NCBI GenBank assembly: GCA_965237675.1
Contig: OZ250150.1
Coordinates: 3,840,001-3,904,000, forward strand
DNA: 64,000 bases
Source of the DNA: Candidatus Latescibacterota bacterium
GTDB lineage: Bacteria > Latescibacterota > UBA2968 > GCA-2709665
Direction: 5' to 3'
The position numbers were made by a program, and so were the translations under genes. Each line of letters begins with the position of its first letter. Within the stretch, counting starts at the first letter, position 1. The notes under the pieces were generated by a model, which was not told where the DNA came from, did no database searches, and saw only the letters and a list, made by a program, of their open reading frames with translations. Positions 48,741-58,601 of this stretch are shown piece by piece.

Positions 48741-49790
48741 ATGGTGAGAATCACATCCGTTAGCGCAAACCAGCCGAAATCCGCCGGAAGCCCGAACGAT
48801 TGGCGGACATGGATGGGTCAGATCGCGGTCAGCGTTGAGACCGAGGATGGGCTGACGGGCTATGGCGTCGGGGGCGGCGGCGCGGCGGGCGTTCACGTCG
48901 TAGAGACCGAACTGCGCCGGCTTCTTTCCGGCAGCGACGCGACCCAGGTCGAATGCCTGTGGGAGGAAATGTATCGGGCAACCCGGCCTTACGGGCGGAA
49001 GGGAATCGCGGTGATGGCGATCAGTGGTGTGGACCTGGCTCTATGGGATCTGAGGGGAAAACGTGAGGGCAAGCCGATAGCCGATATTCTGGCCGGAAAA
49101 AACGCATGTCCGCCGAAGACTATTCCATGTTATAAGACAGGATTTTCCGCCGAAGAGGTGATTCGATCCGGTTCAAAGGGGTTCCACGCACTCAAGTTTC
49201 ACGCTGGGCTAAACCGGAAACAGGACGTTGCCGATGTGGTTGTTCCAATTCGGCGTGTGAGGGATATTCTCGGGCCTGAAGTTCGATTGATGGCCGACGC
49301 GGGGATGAGTCTGAATGCCGAATCGGCATTGCGCCTCGTCGACGCATTGGAGGGATGTAATCTGGAATGGCTCGAGGAACCGCTGCCACCGGAGGATCTG
49401 AAGGGCTATGCGAAATTACGTGACCAGAGCCCGGTACCCATCGCGGGCGGTGAACACGAATATACTGCATCTGCCTTCGACGTTCTGATGAGGGAGCGCC
49501 TGCACACGATTGTACAGCCGGACGCGACATGGTGCGGTGGACTGACGGAATTGCTGAAGATCTATCAAATGGGAGAGAAATACGGTGTTCGGGTCTGTCC
49601 CCACCGCGGGAGCGAAATCTGGGCGCTGCAAGCGATAGCGTCAATAGATCCCGATCCATTGGCCGAATCAGGCAGACCGTGGATCGACTGGATGAACGGG
49701 CAACCGGAAATCGTGAATGGAAATGTCGCGATCGGGAACGCCCCCGGATTCGGTGTCAGGCTCCCTATCCGGTCATGCCGAATTCGTTAG
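48741..49790 (+). CDS. Mandelate racemase / enolase-superfamily acid-sugar dehydratase (L-rhamnonate dehydratase-like)
   Basis: YGRKG..MAISGVDLALWD, MAD, WLEEPL, GGEHEY, QPD..WCGG, PGFG. Confidence 0.88.
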   Translation: MVRITSVSANQPKSAGSPNDWRTWMGQIAVSVETEDGLTGYGVGGGGAAGVHVVETELRRLLSGSDATQVECLWEEMYRATRPYGRKGIAVMAISGVDLALWDLRGKREGKPIADILAGKNACPPKTIPCYKTGFSAEEVIRSGSKGFHALKFHAGLNRKQDVADVVVPIRRVRDILGPEVRLMADAGMSLNAESALRLVDALEGCNLEWLEEPLPPEDLKGYAKLRDQSPVPIAGGEHEYTASAFDVLMRERLHTIVQPDATWCGGLTELLKIYQMGEKYGVRVCPHRGSEIWALQAIASIDPDPLAESGRPWIDWMNGQPEIVNGNVAIGNAPGFGVRLPIRSCRIR

Positions 49791-49934
49791 AACGCTGCGC
49801 GGGTGTCTTTATACAGGCGCTCAAGTGAACGCCTGCAACGGCGCTTTGGCAAGAAATGAGATAAGTCACCTGGCGTTCAGGACAATACGACCGACCCGGC
49901 CGCTGAGGTATGGCGGCCGGGGTGGGCAAAAGGG

Positions 49935-49963
49935 TTGACATCAGATCCGGAATGCCATACTAT
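49935..49963 (+). promoter_or_regulatory. Strong sigma70 promoter
   Basis: TTGACA-N17-TACTAT. Confidence 0.75.
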
Positions 49964-50104
49964 ATTGATGTGTAATTCGCCTTGCACGGCACCTTCCGCC
50001 GTTGCTTGCAAATAGGGTTCCGCGGACGGATCTTGCCCTATTCGCGAGCCAAATGTCCGGTTTGCGTCTTCCCCCGGTTGTCTTGAAGGTTCAGGAGGCG
50101 TTTG

Positions 50105-50452
50105 ATGTCCACCAAATGCGGTGAATATCACGAAGACGAACGAATATTGGCGCACCTTGAAGATCCTGTTGACGTCGAAGCGTTTGCGAATTTAATGGAA
50201 CACGCCCACCAGAGGGGAATGAGCGCAGCGGATTTTATACGCGAAGTACCGGGACGGACGTCACGCAAGGCGATTCGGAGGTTGTGTCTCAAAGACAGAA
50301 AGCGAACGTTGCGTGCAATGTTCTCCTCCTTCGCCAGAAATCTATGGGCGCGTCCCGCTGTGGATCCGGAATCCACTCATATTCAGTCACTCTACTCACC
50401 CCACGACCGGCTGAAACTGCCGGGCAGAAACGGACAGAAGCCCAGACGATGA
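50105..50452 (+). CDS. Hypothetical protein (115 aa)
   Basis: AGGAGG RBS, ATG 50105, lies downstream of the strong promoter; no recognisable family. Confidence 0.6.
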   Translation: MSTKCGEYHEDERILAHLEDPVDVEAFANLMEHAHQRGMSAADFIREVPGRTSRKAIRRLCLKDRKRTLRAMFSSFARNLWARPAVDPESTHIQSLYSPHDRLKLPGRNGQKPRR

Positions 50453-50631
50453 TGCAGACAAACCGACAGGCATTTCAGGTGCATATTCACGAGCTGGAAG
50501 AACTGGTCGAAGCACTGCTTGTACATGCGCGATCCGGAGACCAGGCGGCAAGGGAACGGCTCGTTCACGTGCATCGAGAAGTGATGAATAAACGGCATCG
50601 TCTCAAAGATTTGTACAGGCAGGATAGCTGA
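50449..50631 (+). CDS. Hypothetical small helical protein (60 aa)
   Basis: ATGATG overlaps the upstream stop; amphipathic sequence HELEELVEALLVHARSGDQAARERLV. Confidence 0.6.
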   Translation: MMQTNRQAFQVHIHELEELVEALLVHARSGDQAARERLVHVHREVMNKRHRLKDLYRQDS

Positions 50632-50729
50632 AGGTTGGAGCCCACTAAGCGGAATGTGGCGGGCTGGCTCCTAGACGTTTTCAAGAGCTGTCCCGCGTGT
50701 TTCGCTTTTTTTGATTCATACGGACGGAA

Positions 50730-51152
50730 ATGCGAATACTTGCGGTAGACTACGGTCTGCGGCGTGTGGGCCTGGCCGTTTCCGACGAACAGGGATTTGC
50801 CGCGCGGGGGTTGCCGACCGTTCATGCGGACACGCGAAGTTCCGCGGTAGATTCTGTGGCACGGGTGGCTTCGGACGTTGGGGCGGCCGAACTTCTGGTC
50901 GGTCTGCCGCTCAATATGGATGGCAGTCGAGGGCCGATGGCTGAAGCAGCCGAAACATTTGCTACTGCGTTGAATCAAACGACGGGGCTGCCTGTTCGAC
51001 TCTGGGATGAACGGCTAACAACCGTGGCCGCGCGTCGTGCAATGCGGGAAATGGGGGTCAAGAAGCGAGGCGATAGGGGGCAAGTGGATCGGATGGCGGC
51101 GGTTATGCTACTCAACAACTATCTGCAGGCGAAGATCCAGGTAGATTTCTGA
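50730..51152 (+). CDS. ruvX: YqgF/RuvX putative pre-16S rRNA nuclease
   Basis: ILAVDYGLRRVGLAVSD, VGLPLNMDG, WDERLTT, D..AA..LL. Confidence 0.95.
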   Translation: MRILAVDYGLRRVGLAVSDEQGFAARGLPTVHADTRSSAVDSVARVASDVGAAELLVGLPLNMDGSRGPMAEAAETFATALNQTTGLPVRLWDERLTTVAARRAMREMGVKKRGDRGQVDRMAAVMLLNNYLQAKIQVDF

Positions 51153-52243
51153 TGCGGACTGAAAACGAACAAGACCCGGTGCGGTCGGGGCGGGTAAACC
51201 ACGGATTTCGTGGATCAACTTTATTCAGGCCGGCTATCGGCTGGACGGTCTTCGCGCTTTTTGGCGTCGGAGCAACCGGAGTGGTGCTGGCGGTCGTTTT
51301 TCTGAACCGACCCACGGTGATGGGTGAAAGGGATGTTATCATTCAAAAAGGAATGACTGTCGAACAGATAGGCCGGTTGTTACATCAGGAAGGAGTGATC
51401 CGAAGCCCGCGGCTGCTGAGCGTCTTCTCTCTGATTAGCGGAACCAGCAGGCGGTTCAAGGCCGGCGTGCACAAGTTTCAGGAAGGCATGAACACCTGGC
51501 ACGTATTGCAAGAACTGGCGGTATCACGAGATGTGACACGTGGCGTAACGATTCCGGAGGGGTTGCGCTTGGAACAGACCATCAGGTTGTTGGCCAAAAA
51601 ACTGGATCTGGACGAGACGAAATTGTCGAATCTTGCGTCTGACGGCGCATTTTGTCGCCAACTGGGTGTACAGGCGGACAACCTGGAAGGCTATCTTTTT
51701 CCGGAAACCTATCAAATTTCCTTGACGATGGACGAAAAGAGTGTGATCGAGATGCTGGTGGGGCATTTCTTCACGATGTTCGATGCAGAAATGATCGCGC
51801 GCGTGCGCCAGATCGATATGTCTGTACATGAAGTTGTCACGCTTGCGTCGATTATTGAAGGAGAGGCGTTGATGGATGACGAGCGGACGACGATTTCGGC
51901 CGTTTATCACAACCGGCTGAAGCGAGGGATGCACCTCCAGGCCGATCCGACGGTTCAATATGCGATCGGAGGCGGTTCCCGCAGGTTGTTCTACAAGGAC
52001 TACAAGATCGATTCACCGTACAATACCTATCGTCATCGGGGGTTGCCGCCAGGGCCGGTAACGAATCCGGGGGCTGTGTCTTTGAGGGCTGCGCTTTATC
52101 CTGCCGATGTGGATTATCTATACTTTGTTGCGATGGGCGACGGTACACATGTGTTCAGCCGGACGTTCCGGGAGCATGAAAACGCGAAGCGGAAGACAAG
52201 GTGGGCCAGAAGGCGCAGTTGGCAAAGGTCCAGGACGCCTTGA
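51152..52243 (+). CDS. mltG: Endolytic transglycosylase MltG
   Basis: N-terminal TM, TIPEG, LEGYLFPETY, LASIIEGE, LQADPT, SPYNTY..GLPPGP. Confidence 0.95.
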   Translation: MRTENEQDPVRSGRVNHGFRGSTLFRPAIGWTVFALFGVGATGVVLAVVFLNRPTVMGERDVIIQKGMTVEQIGRLLHQEGVIRSPRLLSVFSLISGTSRRFKAGVHKFQEGMNTWHVLQELAVSRDVTRGVTIPEGLRLEQTIRLLAKKLDLDETKLSNLASDGAFCRQLGVQADNLEGYLFPETYQISLTMDEKSVIEMLVGHFFTMFDAEMIARVRQIDMSVHEVVTLASIIEGEALMDDERTTISAVYHNRLKRGMHLQADPTVQYAIGGGSRRLFYKDYKIDSPYNTYRHRGLPPGPVTNPGAVSLRAALYPADVDYLYFVAMGDGTHVFSRTFREHENAKRKTRWARRRSWQRSRTP

Positions 52244-52261
52244 ATAGGGGAACCCGCGGGA

Positions 52262-54415
52262 ATGCAGGCCATTCTGGAAGGGTTGAACGAACAGCAGAAA
52301 GAGGCGGTGTGCGTCGTGGATCGCCCGGTTCTCGTGCTGGCCGGCGCCGGATCCGGTAAGACACGGGTGCTGACCCGCCGTCTTGCGTATCTTATTGAGG
52401 TTTGCGGCGTCCATCCGGGCGCGATAGTGGCTATGACATTCACAAATAAGGCCGCCGGTGAAATGAATAGCCGCGTACAGAATCTGTTGAACCGAACCAC
52501 GAGAGGCATGTGGCTAGGGACTTTTCATTCTCTGTGCGCGCGAATTCTGAGGACAGAGGCCGGGGCAGCAGGTCTGGATTCCAATTTCTCGATTTACGAT
52601 TCGGACGACCAGCTTGCGTTGATGCGGCAGGTCATTCGAGATCAGGAGATTTCAGAGCGGCAGTTTCCTCCTCGGCGGGTCCGGGCGCGAATCAGTTCCG
52701 AGAAAAGCCACATGGTCGATCCGGTGGCGTTTGCGCAACGTGCAGGAACCTTCTACGAGCAGCAGGTCGCCCGGATTTACCGGCAGTACCAATCGGCTTT
52801 ACATCAGAACAACGCGGTGGATTTTGACGATCTTCTGATGTTGGCGGTGCAGGTTCTCAGGGAAGATCCGGAGATTCTGGAGCGGTACCAGAATCGGTTT
52901 GAGCACTGTCTGATCGACGAGTACCAGGATACCAACCGGCCTCAATACCTGTTTGCGCGTCTTCTGGCAGAGAAACATGGCCGCCTCTTTGTGGTCGGAG
53001 ACGACGACCAGAGCATTTATGCCTGGCGTGGCGCGGATCTGCGAAATATCCTGAATTTCGAGAAGGATTTTCCCAACGCCCACGTCATCCGTCTTGAACA
53101 GAACTACCGGTCGTCACGGGTGATTCTGGACGCGGGAAACGCGGTGATACGCAACAACGTCGGGCGGAAGGGGAAGGAGCTCTGGACGAATCGAGGTCGC
53201 GGGGAAAAGATTCAGCTTGCCCGGTGCGCAGACGAAGTGGACGAGGCCCAATGGATCGCCCGGGAGTTGAAGCGCCTCAAGGGGCGTTATAGCTACGGGC
53301 AAACCGCGGTATTGTACCGGACGAACGCCCAGTCACGCGCGCTGGAAGACGGGCTGCGTTACCAGGCGATTCCATATGTAATTGTGGGGGGCGTGCGGTT
53401 TTACGAACGCATGGAGGTCAAGGATGTGCTCGCTTACCTCCGACTGATCGTGAATCCCAGTGATTCGATCAGCCTTTACCGTGTTGTCAATACGCCGCGC
53501 CGCGGGATCGGCCGGACCTCTCTCGAGAAATTGGAAGCCTTTGCCGCGGGCAAGGGCATTACACCGTATGATGCGCTCTCCCGGACCATCGACGTGGACG
53601 GCCTTACGGGTCGCGCGAGAACAGCGATAGTCAAATTTCATGAAATGATCGAAGGATTCCGGAGCCGATTGGAGGATGAACCGGCCCACGTGCTGGCGGA
53701 GCGCATCGTCCAGGAAACCGGATATTTGCAGACACTGGACGAATTGCCACCCGCCGAGTCCATTTCTCGCTCCGAGAATGTGCAGGAACTGTTGGTGGCC
53801 ATTGAGGACTTCATGAACCGAGCCGACACACCGTCTTTGTCGGCATTCTTGCGGGAAGTCGCTCTGGTTACCGACGTTGATCAGTGGCGAGAGGAAGCCG
53901 ATGCCGTGACGTTGATGACCTTGCATAGCGCCAAGGGGCTCGAGTTTCCGGCGGTTTTTGTTACGGGTCTGGAAGAAGGGCTGTTCCCTATTCTGAGGGA
54001 GCACGAAGATCCGTTGGCCGAAGAAGCGGCCGTGGAGGAGGAGCGACGGCTGTTTTATGTCGGGGTGACAAGGGCGGAGGACCGGCTCCACCTGACGCAT
54101 GCCACGCAGCGGCGGCGGTACGGAGGCGCCGCGATCAATTCCGAATCCAGATTCTTGAGAGAGATTCCAGGCCAACTGATCGTTCGAGGGCATGCCGTTC
54201 ACGATGAAATGACTCCATCCGGCAGGACGGCAGCGTCACCAGCAGGCGACCCCTTCCCAATGGAAGCGGGAACAACCGTTGTCCATCCCATATGGGGACG
54301 CGGACGCATTGTGGACCGCTCCGGCAACGGCCCGGATACCAAACTCACGGTTTGCTTTCAGAATGGAACAACAAAAAAAGTGGTCGTCCGGTTTGCCGGC
54401 CTTCGGCCCGGATAA
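52262..54415 (+). CDS. pcrA: ATP-dependent DNA helicase PcrA/UvrD
   Basis: AGAGSGKT, TFTNKAA, DEYQD, GDDDQSIY, QNYRS, HSAKGLEF, EERRLFYV; C-terminal tudor-like domain. Confidence 0.95.
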   Translation: MQAILEGLNEQQKEAVCVVDRPVLVLAGAGSGKTRVLTRRLAYLIEVCGVHPGAIVAMTFTNKAAGEMNSRVQNLLNRTTRGMWLGTFHSLCARILRTEAGAAGLDSNFSIYDSDDQLALMRQVIRDQEISERQFPPRRVRARISSEKSHMVDPVAFAQRAGTFYEQQVARIYRQYQSALHQNNAVDFDDLLMLAVQVLREDPEILERYQNRFEHCLIDEYQDTNRPQYLFARLLAEKHGRLFVVGDDDQSIYAWRGADLRNILNFEKDFPNAHVIRLEQNYRSSRVILDAGNAVIRNNVGRKGKELWTNRGRGEKIQLARCADEVDEAQWIARELKRLKGRYSYGQTAVLYRTNAQSRALEDGLRYQAIPYVIVGGVRFYERMEVKDVLAYLRLIVNPSDSISLYRVVNTPRRGIGRTSLEKLEAFAAGKGITPYDALSRTIDVDGLTGRARTAIVKFHEMIEGFRSRLEDEPAHVLAERIVQETGYLQTLDELPPAESISRSENVQELLVAIEDFMNRADTPSLSAFLREVALVTDVDQWREEADAVTLMTLHSAKGLEFPAVFVTGLEEGLFPILREHEDPLAEEAAVEEERRLFYVGVTRAEDRLHLTHATQRRRYGGAAINSESRFLREIPGQLIVRGHAVHDEMTPSGRTAASPAGDPFPMEAGTTVVHPIWGRGRIVDRSGNGPDTKLTVCFQNGTTKKVVVRFAGLRPG

Positions 54416-54548
54416 CACGATACCGACCCCCTCGCAGGCTGTTGGCCCTCGTTGCCAAAATCCTCTTGATTTCGAATATAATTTGGCTCATATTACAGTC
54501 ACAATGTAGACTGGTTATAACGACGATTAATTTTCACGGGTTTCTTTT

Positions 54549-54836
54549 ATGTCGGTTACGCTGGAAGACGTACGCAAGGTCGCGCAACTTGCGAGGCTAA
54601 GCTTCGACAGAAACGAAGAGGAACGGCTGGTTGCCGATCTGAATCAGATGCTGGATTACGCGACCGCTCTGGAGAAACTGAATACAACGGACGTTTCAAC
54701 CACGGCGCACGTTCTGCCTGTCTACAACGTGTTTCGGGAGGATACGCCCGTTTCCTCTCTTTCCCAGACCGAGGCGCTGTCAAATGCGCCAAGTTCCGGC
54801 CACGGCCACTTCAGGGTTCCCAAAGTTATCGAATAG
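54549..54836 (+). CDS. gatC: Asp/Glu-tRNA amidotransferase subunit C
   Basis: VRKVAQLARL, NVFRED, LSNAP..FRVPKVIE. Confidence 0.95.
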   Translation: MSVTLEDVRKVAQLARLSFDRNEEERLVADLNQMLDYATALEKLNTTDVSTTAHVLPVYNVFREDTPVSSLSQTEALSNAPSSGHGHFRVPKVIE

Positions 54837-54893
54837 GTCTCGGCGGCGGTTTTATCAGCGCCGCTGTTTTTTGTTGCGTTTCCGGAGGAGCGG

Positions 54894-56681
54894 ATGGTTA
54901 AGCGGAGTGACTATAAAGGGCCCAAATACATCGTCGTCGCCGGGGGTGTGATGAGCGGTGTCGGCAAAGGGCTCGCTACGGCGTCTATCGGAAAAATCTT
55001 GCAGCAGCACGGATATAGTGCGACGGCAATCAAGATCGATCCCTATCTCAACTACGATGCCGGCACCCTGCGTCCCACCGAGCATGGAGAAGTGTGGGTA
55101 ACGGACGACGGTGGCGAAATCGATCTGGACCTGGGGAACTACGAGAGATTCTTGGGAATCGACCTTCCCCGGACGAACAACCTGACCACCGGCCAGATTT
55201 ACCATACCGTGATAGAGCGGGAGCGCCGAGGCGAATATCTGGGCAAGACCGTTCAGCCGATTCCTCATATCACCGATGAGATCAAGCAGCGGATTACTGA
55301 CTCGGCGAACGGGGTCGACATTGCGCTCGTAGAGATCGGCGGTACCATTGGCGACGACGAGAATCGACCCTTTTTGTTTGCAATGAAGAGCCTGGAACGG
55401 GAGGTAGGAGAGGAGAACGTCATTTACGTACTGGTCACCTATCTTCCGGTGCCCAGGCATGTCGGCGAGATGAAAACCAAGCCCACCCAGCATGCCATCC
55501 GTTTGTTATCCGAAAACGGAATATTTGCGGATTTCATCATTTGCCGCGCGGTGGAACCACTGGATGACGTTCGAAAGCGAAAAATCGAGATTTCGGCGAA
55601 TATCTCCGCGGACCGGATTATCTCGGCGCCCGACGTCGACAGCATCTATCAGGTGCCTCTGGAATACGAAAAGGACCAACTCGGTGAGAAGATCCTGGAT
55701 GAGTTGGGCTTGGCTCCCAAAAAAACACCCGACTGGAAACGGTGGTGTGAACTGCTGGGAATGATTCGCGAGCCTGAGGATCGGGTGCGCGTGGCCATGG
55801 TAGGCAAATATGTCGGTAGCGGGGATTATGAATTTCAGGATTCCTATATCTCAGTCAATCAGTCACTGGAACACGCTGGCGCACTGTTGGATACCAAGGT
55901 GGAGATCGACTGGATCGACTCCAACCGCCTGCAGCATCACGAAGTGGAGGAGGTGCTCGCCGGTTATCACGGAATAATCGTACCCGGAGCGTTCGGTGAA
56001 GGTGGCGCCGAAGGTGCCATCAACGCCGTCCGTTACGCCAGGGAAAACCAGGTGCCTTACTTGGGTTTGTGCTATGGTTTACAGATGGTCGTTGTGGAAT
56101 ACTCGCGCCATGTGGCCGGATTGACCGACGCAAATTCCGTCGAGATGGATCCCGATACGCCCCACGCGGTAATCGACATACAGTATGCACAGCGGCAGAT
56201 TATCGAAGAAAACCGATACGGCGGCACCATGAGATTGGGAGGGTACGCCGCCGTATTGCGACGGGAATCTCGGGTATTGGACCTCTACGAGCGAACAGGC
56301 CGGCTGGAGGAGGACTCCCGGAGGATACAACAACTGCGGCAGCGCCCCGATCAGATGTTCCGGTGCGGTGTGATCTTGCCAAGCGAAAACGCCGTGGTTG
56401 AGCGTCATCGGCACCGGTATGAAGTTGCGCCGAAATACGTGGATCTGCTTGAGGAATACGGGCTGTTCTTTTCAGGGTTCCACCGCAGGGAGGATGGTGC
56501 GAAACTGATGGAATTCGCGGAACTTCCCGATCATCCATTTTTTGTTGCAACCCAGGCACATCCCGAGTTCAAGTCACGGCTGGAAAGTCCCGCGCCGTTG
56601 TTTTACGGACTTGTCAATGCGTCCATCGATTATTCCGGAACGGCTCGGGCGGATTCCGTGCAGATAGAGATTGAAACATGA
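54894..56681 (+). CDS. pyrG: CTP synthase
   Basis: GGVMSGVGKG, KIDPYLN, DLDLGNYERF, KTKPTQH, GLCYGLQ, ERHRHRYEV, HPEF. Confidence 0.97.
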   Translation: MVKRSDYKGPKYIVVAGGVMSGVGKGLATASIGKILQQHGYSATAIKIDPYLNYDAGTLRPTEHGEVWVTDDGGEIDLDLGNYERFLGIDLPRTNNLTTGQIYHTVIERERRGEYLGKTVQPIPHITDEIKQRITDSANGVDIALVEIGGTIGDDENRPFLFAMKSLEREVGEENVIYVLVTYLPVPRHVGEMKTKPTQHAIRLLSENGIFADFIICRAVEPLDDVRKRKIEISANISADRIISAPDVDSIYQVPLEYEKDQLGEKILDELGLAPKKTPDWKRWCELLGMIREPEDRVRVAMVGKYVGSGDYEFQDSYISVNQSLEHAGALLDTKVEIDWIDSNRLQHHEVEEVLAGYHGIIVPGAFGEGGAEGAINAVRYARENQVPYLGLCYGLQMVVVEYSRHVAGLTDANSVEMDPDTPHAVIDIQYAQRQIIEENRYGGTMRLGGYAAVLRRESRVLDLYERTGRLEEDSRRIQQLRQRPDQMFRCGVILPSENAVVERHRHRYEVAPKYVDLLEEYGLFFSGFHRREDGAKLMEFAELPDHPFFVATQAHPEFKSRLESPAPLFYGLVNASIDYSGTARADSVQIEIET

Positions 56682-57235
56682 GACCGGGCCGAGCATTCCG
56701 GATTTCGTACGGAATCTGCCTGTACTTCGGATTTCTGGCGGGTTGTGCGCCGACCTCCGAGCCTTCATCGCCTCAAACAGCCTCGCGACCTCCGGATCAG
56801 GAGGCCTGGGGATGGAACACGGTGGTTACCCAGAGCGGTCGAAAACGCGCCGAGGTTGAGGCCGGACATTTGCGGAAGTACGATCAGACGTTAACGGCCC
56901 TCCTCGACAGCGGCGTCACGGTTCGGTTTTACGATGGATCCGGAATGAAACAAGTGTCCGTATTGACCGCCCGGCAGGCGGAAATTTACGAAACGTCCGG
57001 CGATATGCTGGCAGTGGGCGAGGTTGCGCTGGTTGCCAAAAACGGTACCCGTCTGGAAACCGATACGCTACGCTGGAACCGTGAGACTGACAGGATTACG
57101 GGAAACGGGCGGATGACCCTCCGTCGTCCCGACGGAGAGGAGACCGGGGTGGGGTTCGAGGCCTCTTCCGATCTGAAATGGTGGAAAATGCGTCAGGTTT
57201 CGACGCGGCTGGGCGGTGCAGATCGCCTCCGATAG
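56678..57235 (+). CDS. lptC: LPS export protein LptC (lipoprotein-type)
   Basis: Lipobox FLAGC; LETDTLRW and G.GFE beta-jellyroll pattern; position upstream of lptA/lptB. Confidence 0.8.
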   Translation: MRPGRAFRISYGICLYFGFLAGCAPTSEPSSPQTASRPPDQEAWGWNTVVTQSGRKRAEVEAGHLRKYDQTLTALLDSGVTVRFYDGSGMKQVSVLTARQAEIYETSGDMLAVGEVALVAKNGTRLETDTLRWNRETDRITGNGRMTLRRPDGEETGVGFEASSDLKWWKMRQVSTRLGGADRLR

Positions 57236-58601
57236 TCACCTGTTTTTCTGCAAACGCCCTCTTTCCTTCCTCTTTATGTTCTTCTCCCTGTTTTTTCTTA
57301 AATATTTCCTGGCCACAACCTCATTTGTTGACGCCACAGAATTGATTCGTGCCGACCGCAGCGAAACCATCCTGCGGGATAACGGTGTTTTACGGATCGA
57401 AGTGGGCAGGGTATCCTACCAGCACCCTGAACGTCTGGTCAGCGTAAGAGCGGATTCCGCCCGCCTGTGGATTCCTGGCGGTGCGGTATCAAAAGCGCGG
57501 TTTTTCGGTCGGGTGACGTACCGGGATTCGGCAAGACAGCTGGACGCCACCACCCTGACGTACCTGCCGGGCCCCGAGGTGGCGACTTTCGCGGGTGCGG
57601 TACGTGTCATCGAAAAAGACTGCCTCCTGATCGCGCAGCGGGTGGCGTACCACAAGAAGGAAAATCGGTTGGACGCCGAGGGTGGGGTGAGGCTGAATTA
57701 CAGCGAGCAGCGGGTTTCCCTGCGTGCGCCGTCGATGACGTATCATGTGTTGGCGGATTCGGGATTGGGTACTGGCGGCGTTCATACCGTTCGTGCGCCG
57801 GAACCACCCGGCGATTCCCTCGTCGTCCGCTCGGATTCCATACATTTCGCCGCAAAGGGCGATCGCATGCGGTTTTCGGGTAGGGTCCTTATGGATCACG
57901 CCGGTATGGTGGCGGGCGCCCCCACCGGCCGCTACTTCAGGCGGTCGGACCGCCTGGAACTGCAAGACGGGGCGTATGCTGTCTGGATTCAGCAAGGTAA
58001 AACACAGACTGATTCGGTAAATCTGACCGCCCAACAGATGCATGTGCGGGGTGCGGCGGGCAATGCACTCGATGAAATCGTACTGGTCGGCGGCGCCTGG
58101 CTCCGGATGGAGGAAGTACAGCCGGACCGGGCGGGTACACGGACGGTTCAGGCCGATTCCGTTGTGCTTCGCATGAAAGAGGGCCAAATCGTCACCGTAG
58201 ATGCATCAGGGGAGGCTTCGATGATGTTGAATGCTCGGGATGGCGCCAGCGTGGACCTCAAGGGCCGGCGAATATTGATGGGTTTTCTGGATGGGGGTCT
58301 CGATAGCCTGACGGTTGAGGGACACGGAAGCGGTGCCTGCGTGTCATCCGATAGTACAACCGTCAGTCGAATTTCTGGCGGCTCGATTGCGGTTGCTTTT
58401 GAAAACGGAACCGTACGTTACGTCAGGATCAGCGAGACCGCTCGGTGTACGCACCGATCGGAGACCGAGAATACCGGTGATATCCAGTTATCGGGCGATC
58501 ATGTGGATCTGACATTCGAGGGCGATAGACTCACCGACGTTCAGGCGGAAGGCGGTGTTAGAGGCCGATACAAGCCGGCGGAATCCGGAGAGGCGCCGTG
58601 A
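57216..58601 (+). CDS. Long OstA/LptA-like beta-jellyroll protein
   Basis: Repeated ADS..., G.V beta-strand units; sits between lptC and lptB; start uncertain (57216 or 57276). Confidence 0.75.
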   Translation: MQIASDSHLFFCKRPLSFLFMFFSLFFLKYFLATTSFVDATELIRADRSETILRDNGVLRIEVGRVSYQHPERLVSVRADSARLWIPGGAVSKARFFGRVTYRDSARQLDATTLTYLPGPEVATFAGAVRVIEKDCLLIAQRVAYHKKENRLDAEGGVRLNYSEQRVSLRAPSMTYHVLADSGLGTGGVHTVRAPEPPGDSLVVRSDSIHFAAKGDRMRFSGRVLMDHAGMVAGAPTGRYFRRSDRLELQDGAYAVWIQQGKTQTDSVNLTAQQMHVRGAAGNALDEIVLVGGAWLRMEEVQPDRAGTRTVQADSVVLRMKEGQIVTVDASGEASMMLNARDGASVDLKGRRILMGFLDGGLDSLTVEGHGSGACVSSDSTTVSRISGGSIAVAFENGTVRYVRISETARCTHRSETENTGDIQLSGDHVDLTFEGDRLTDVQAEGGVRGRYKPAESGEAP

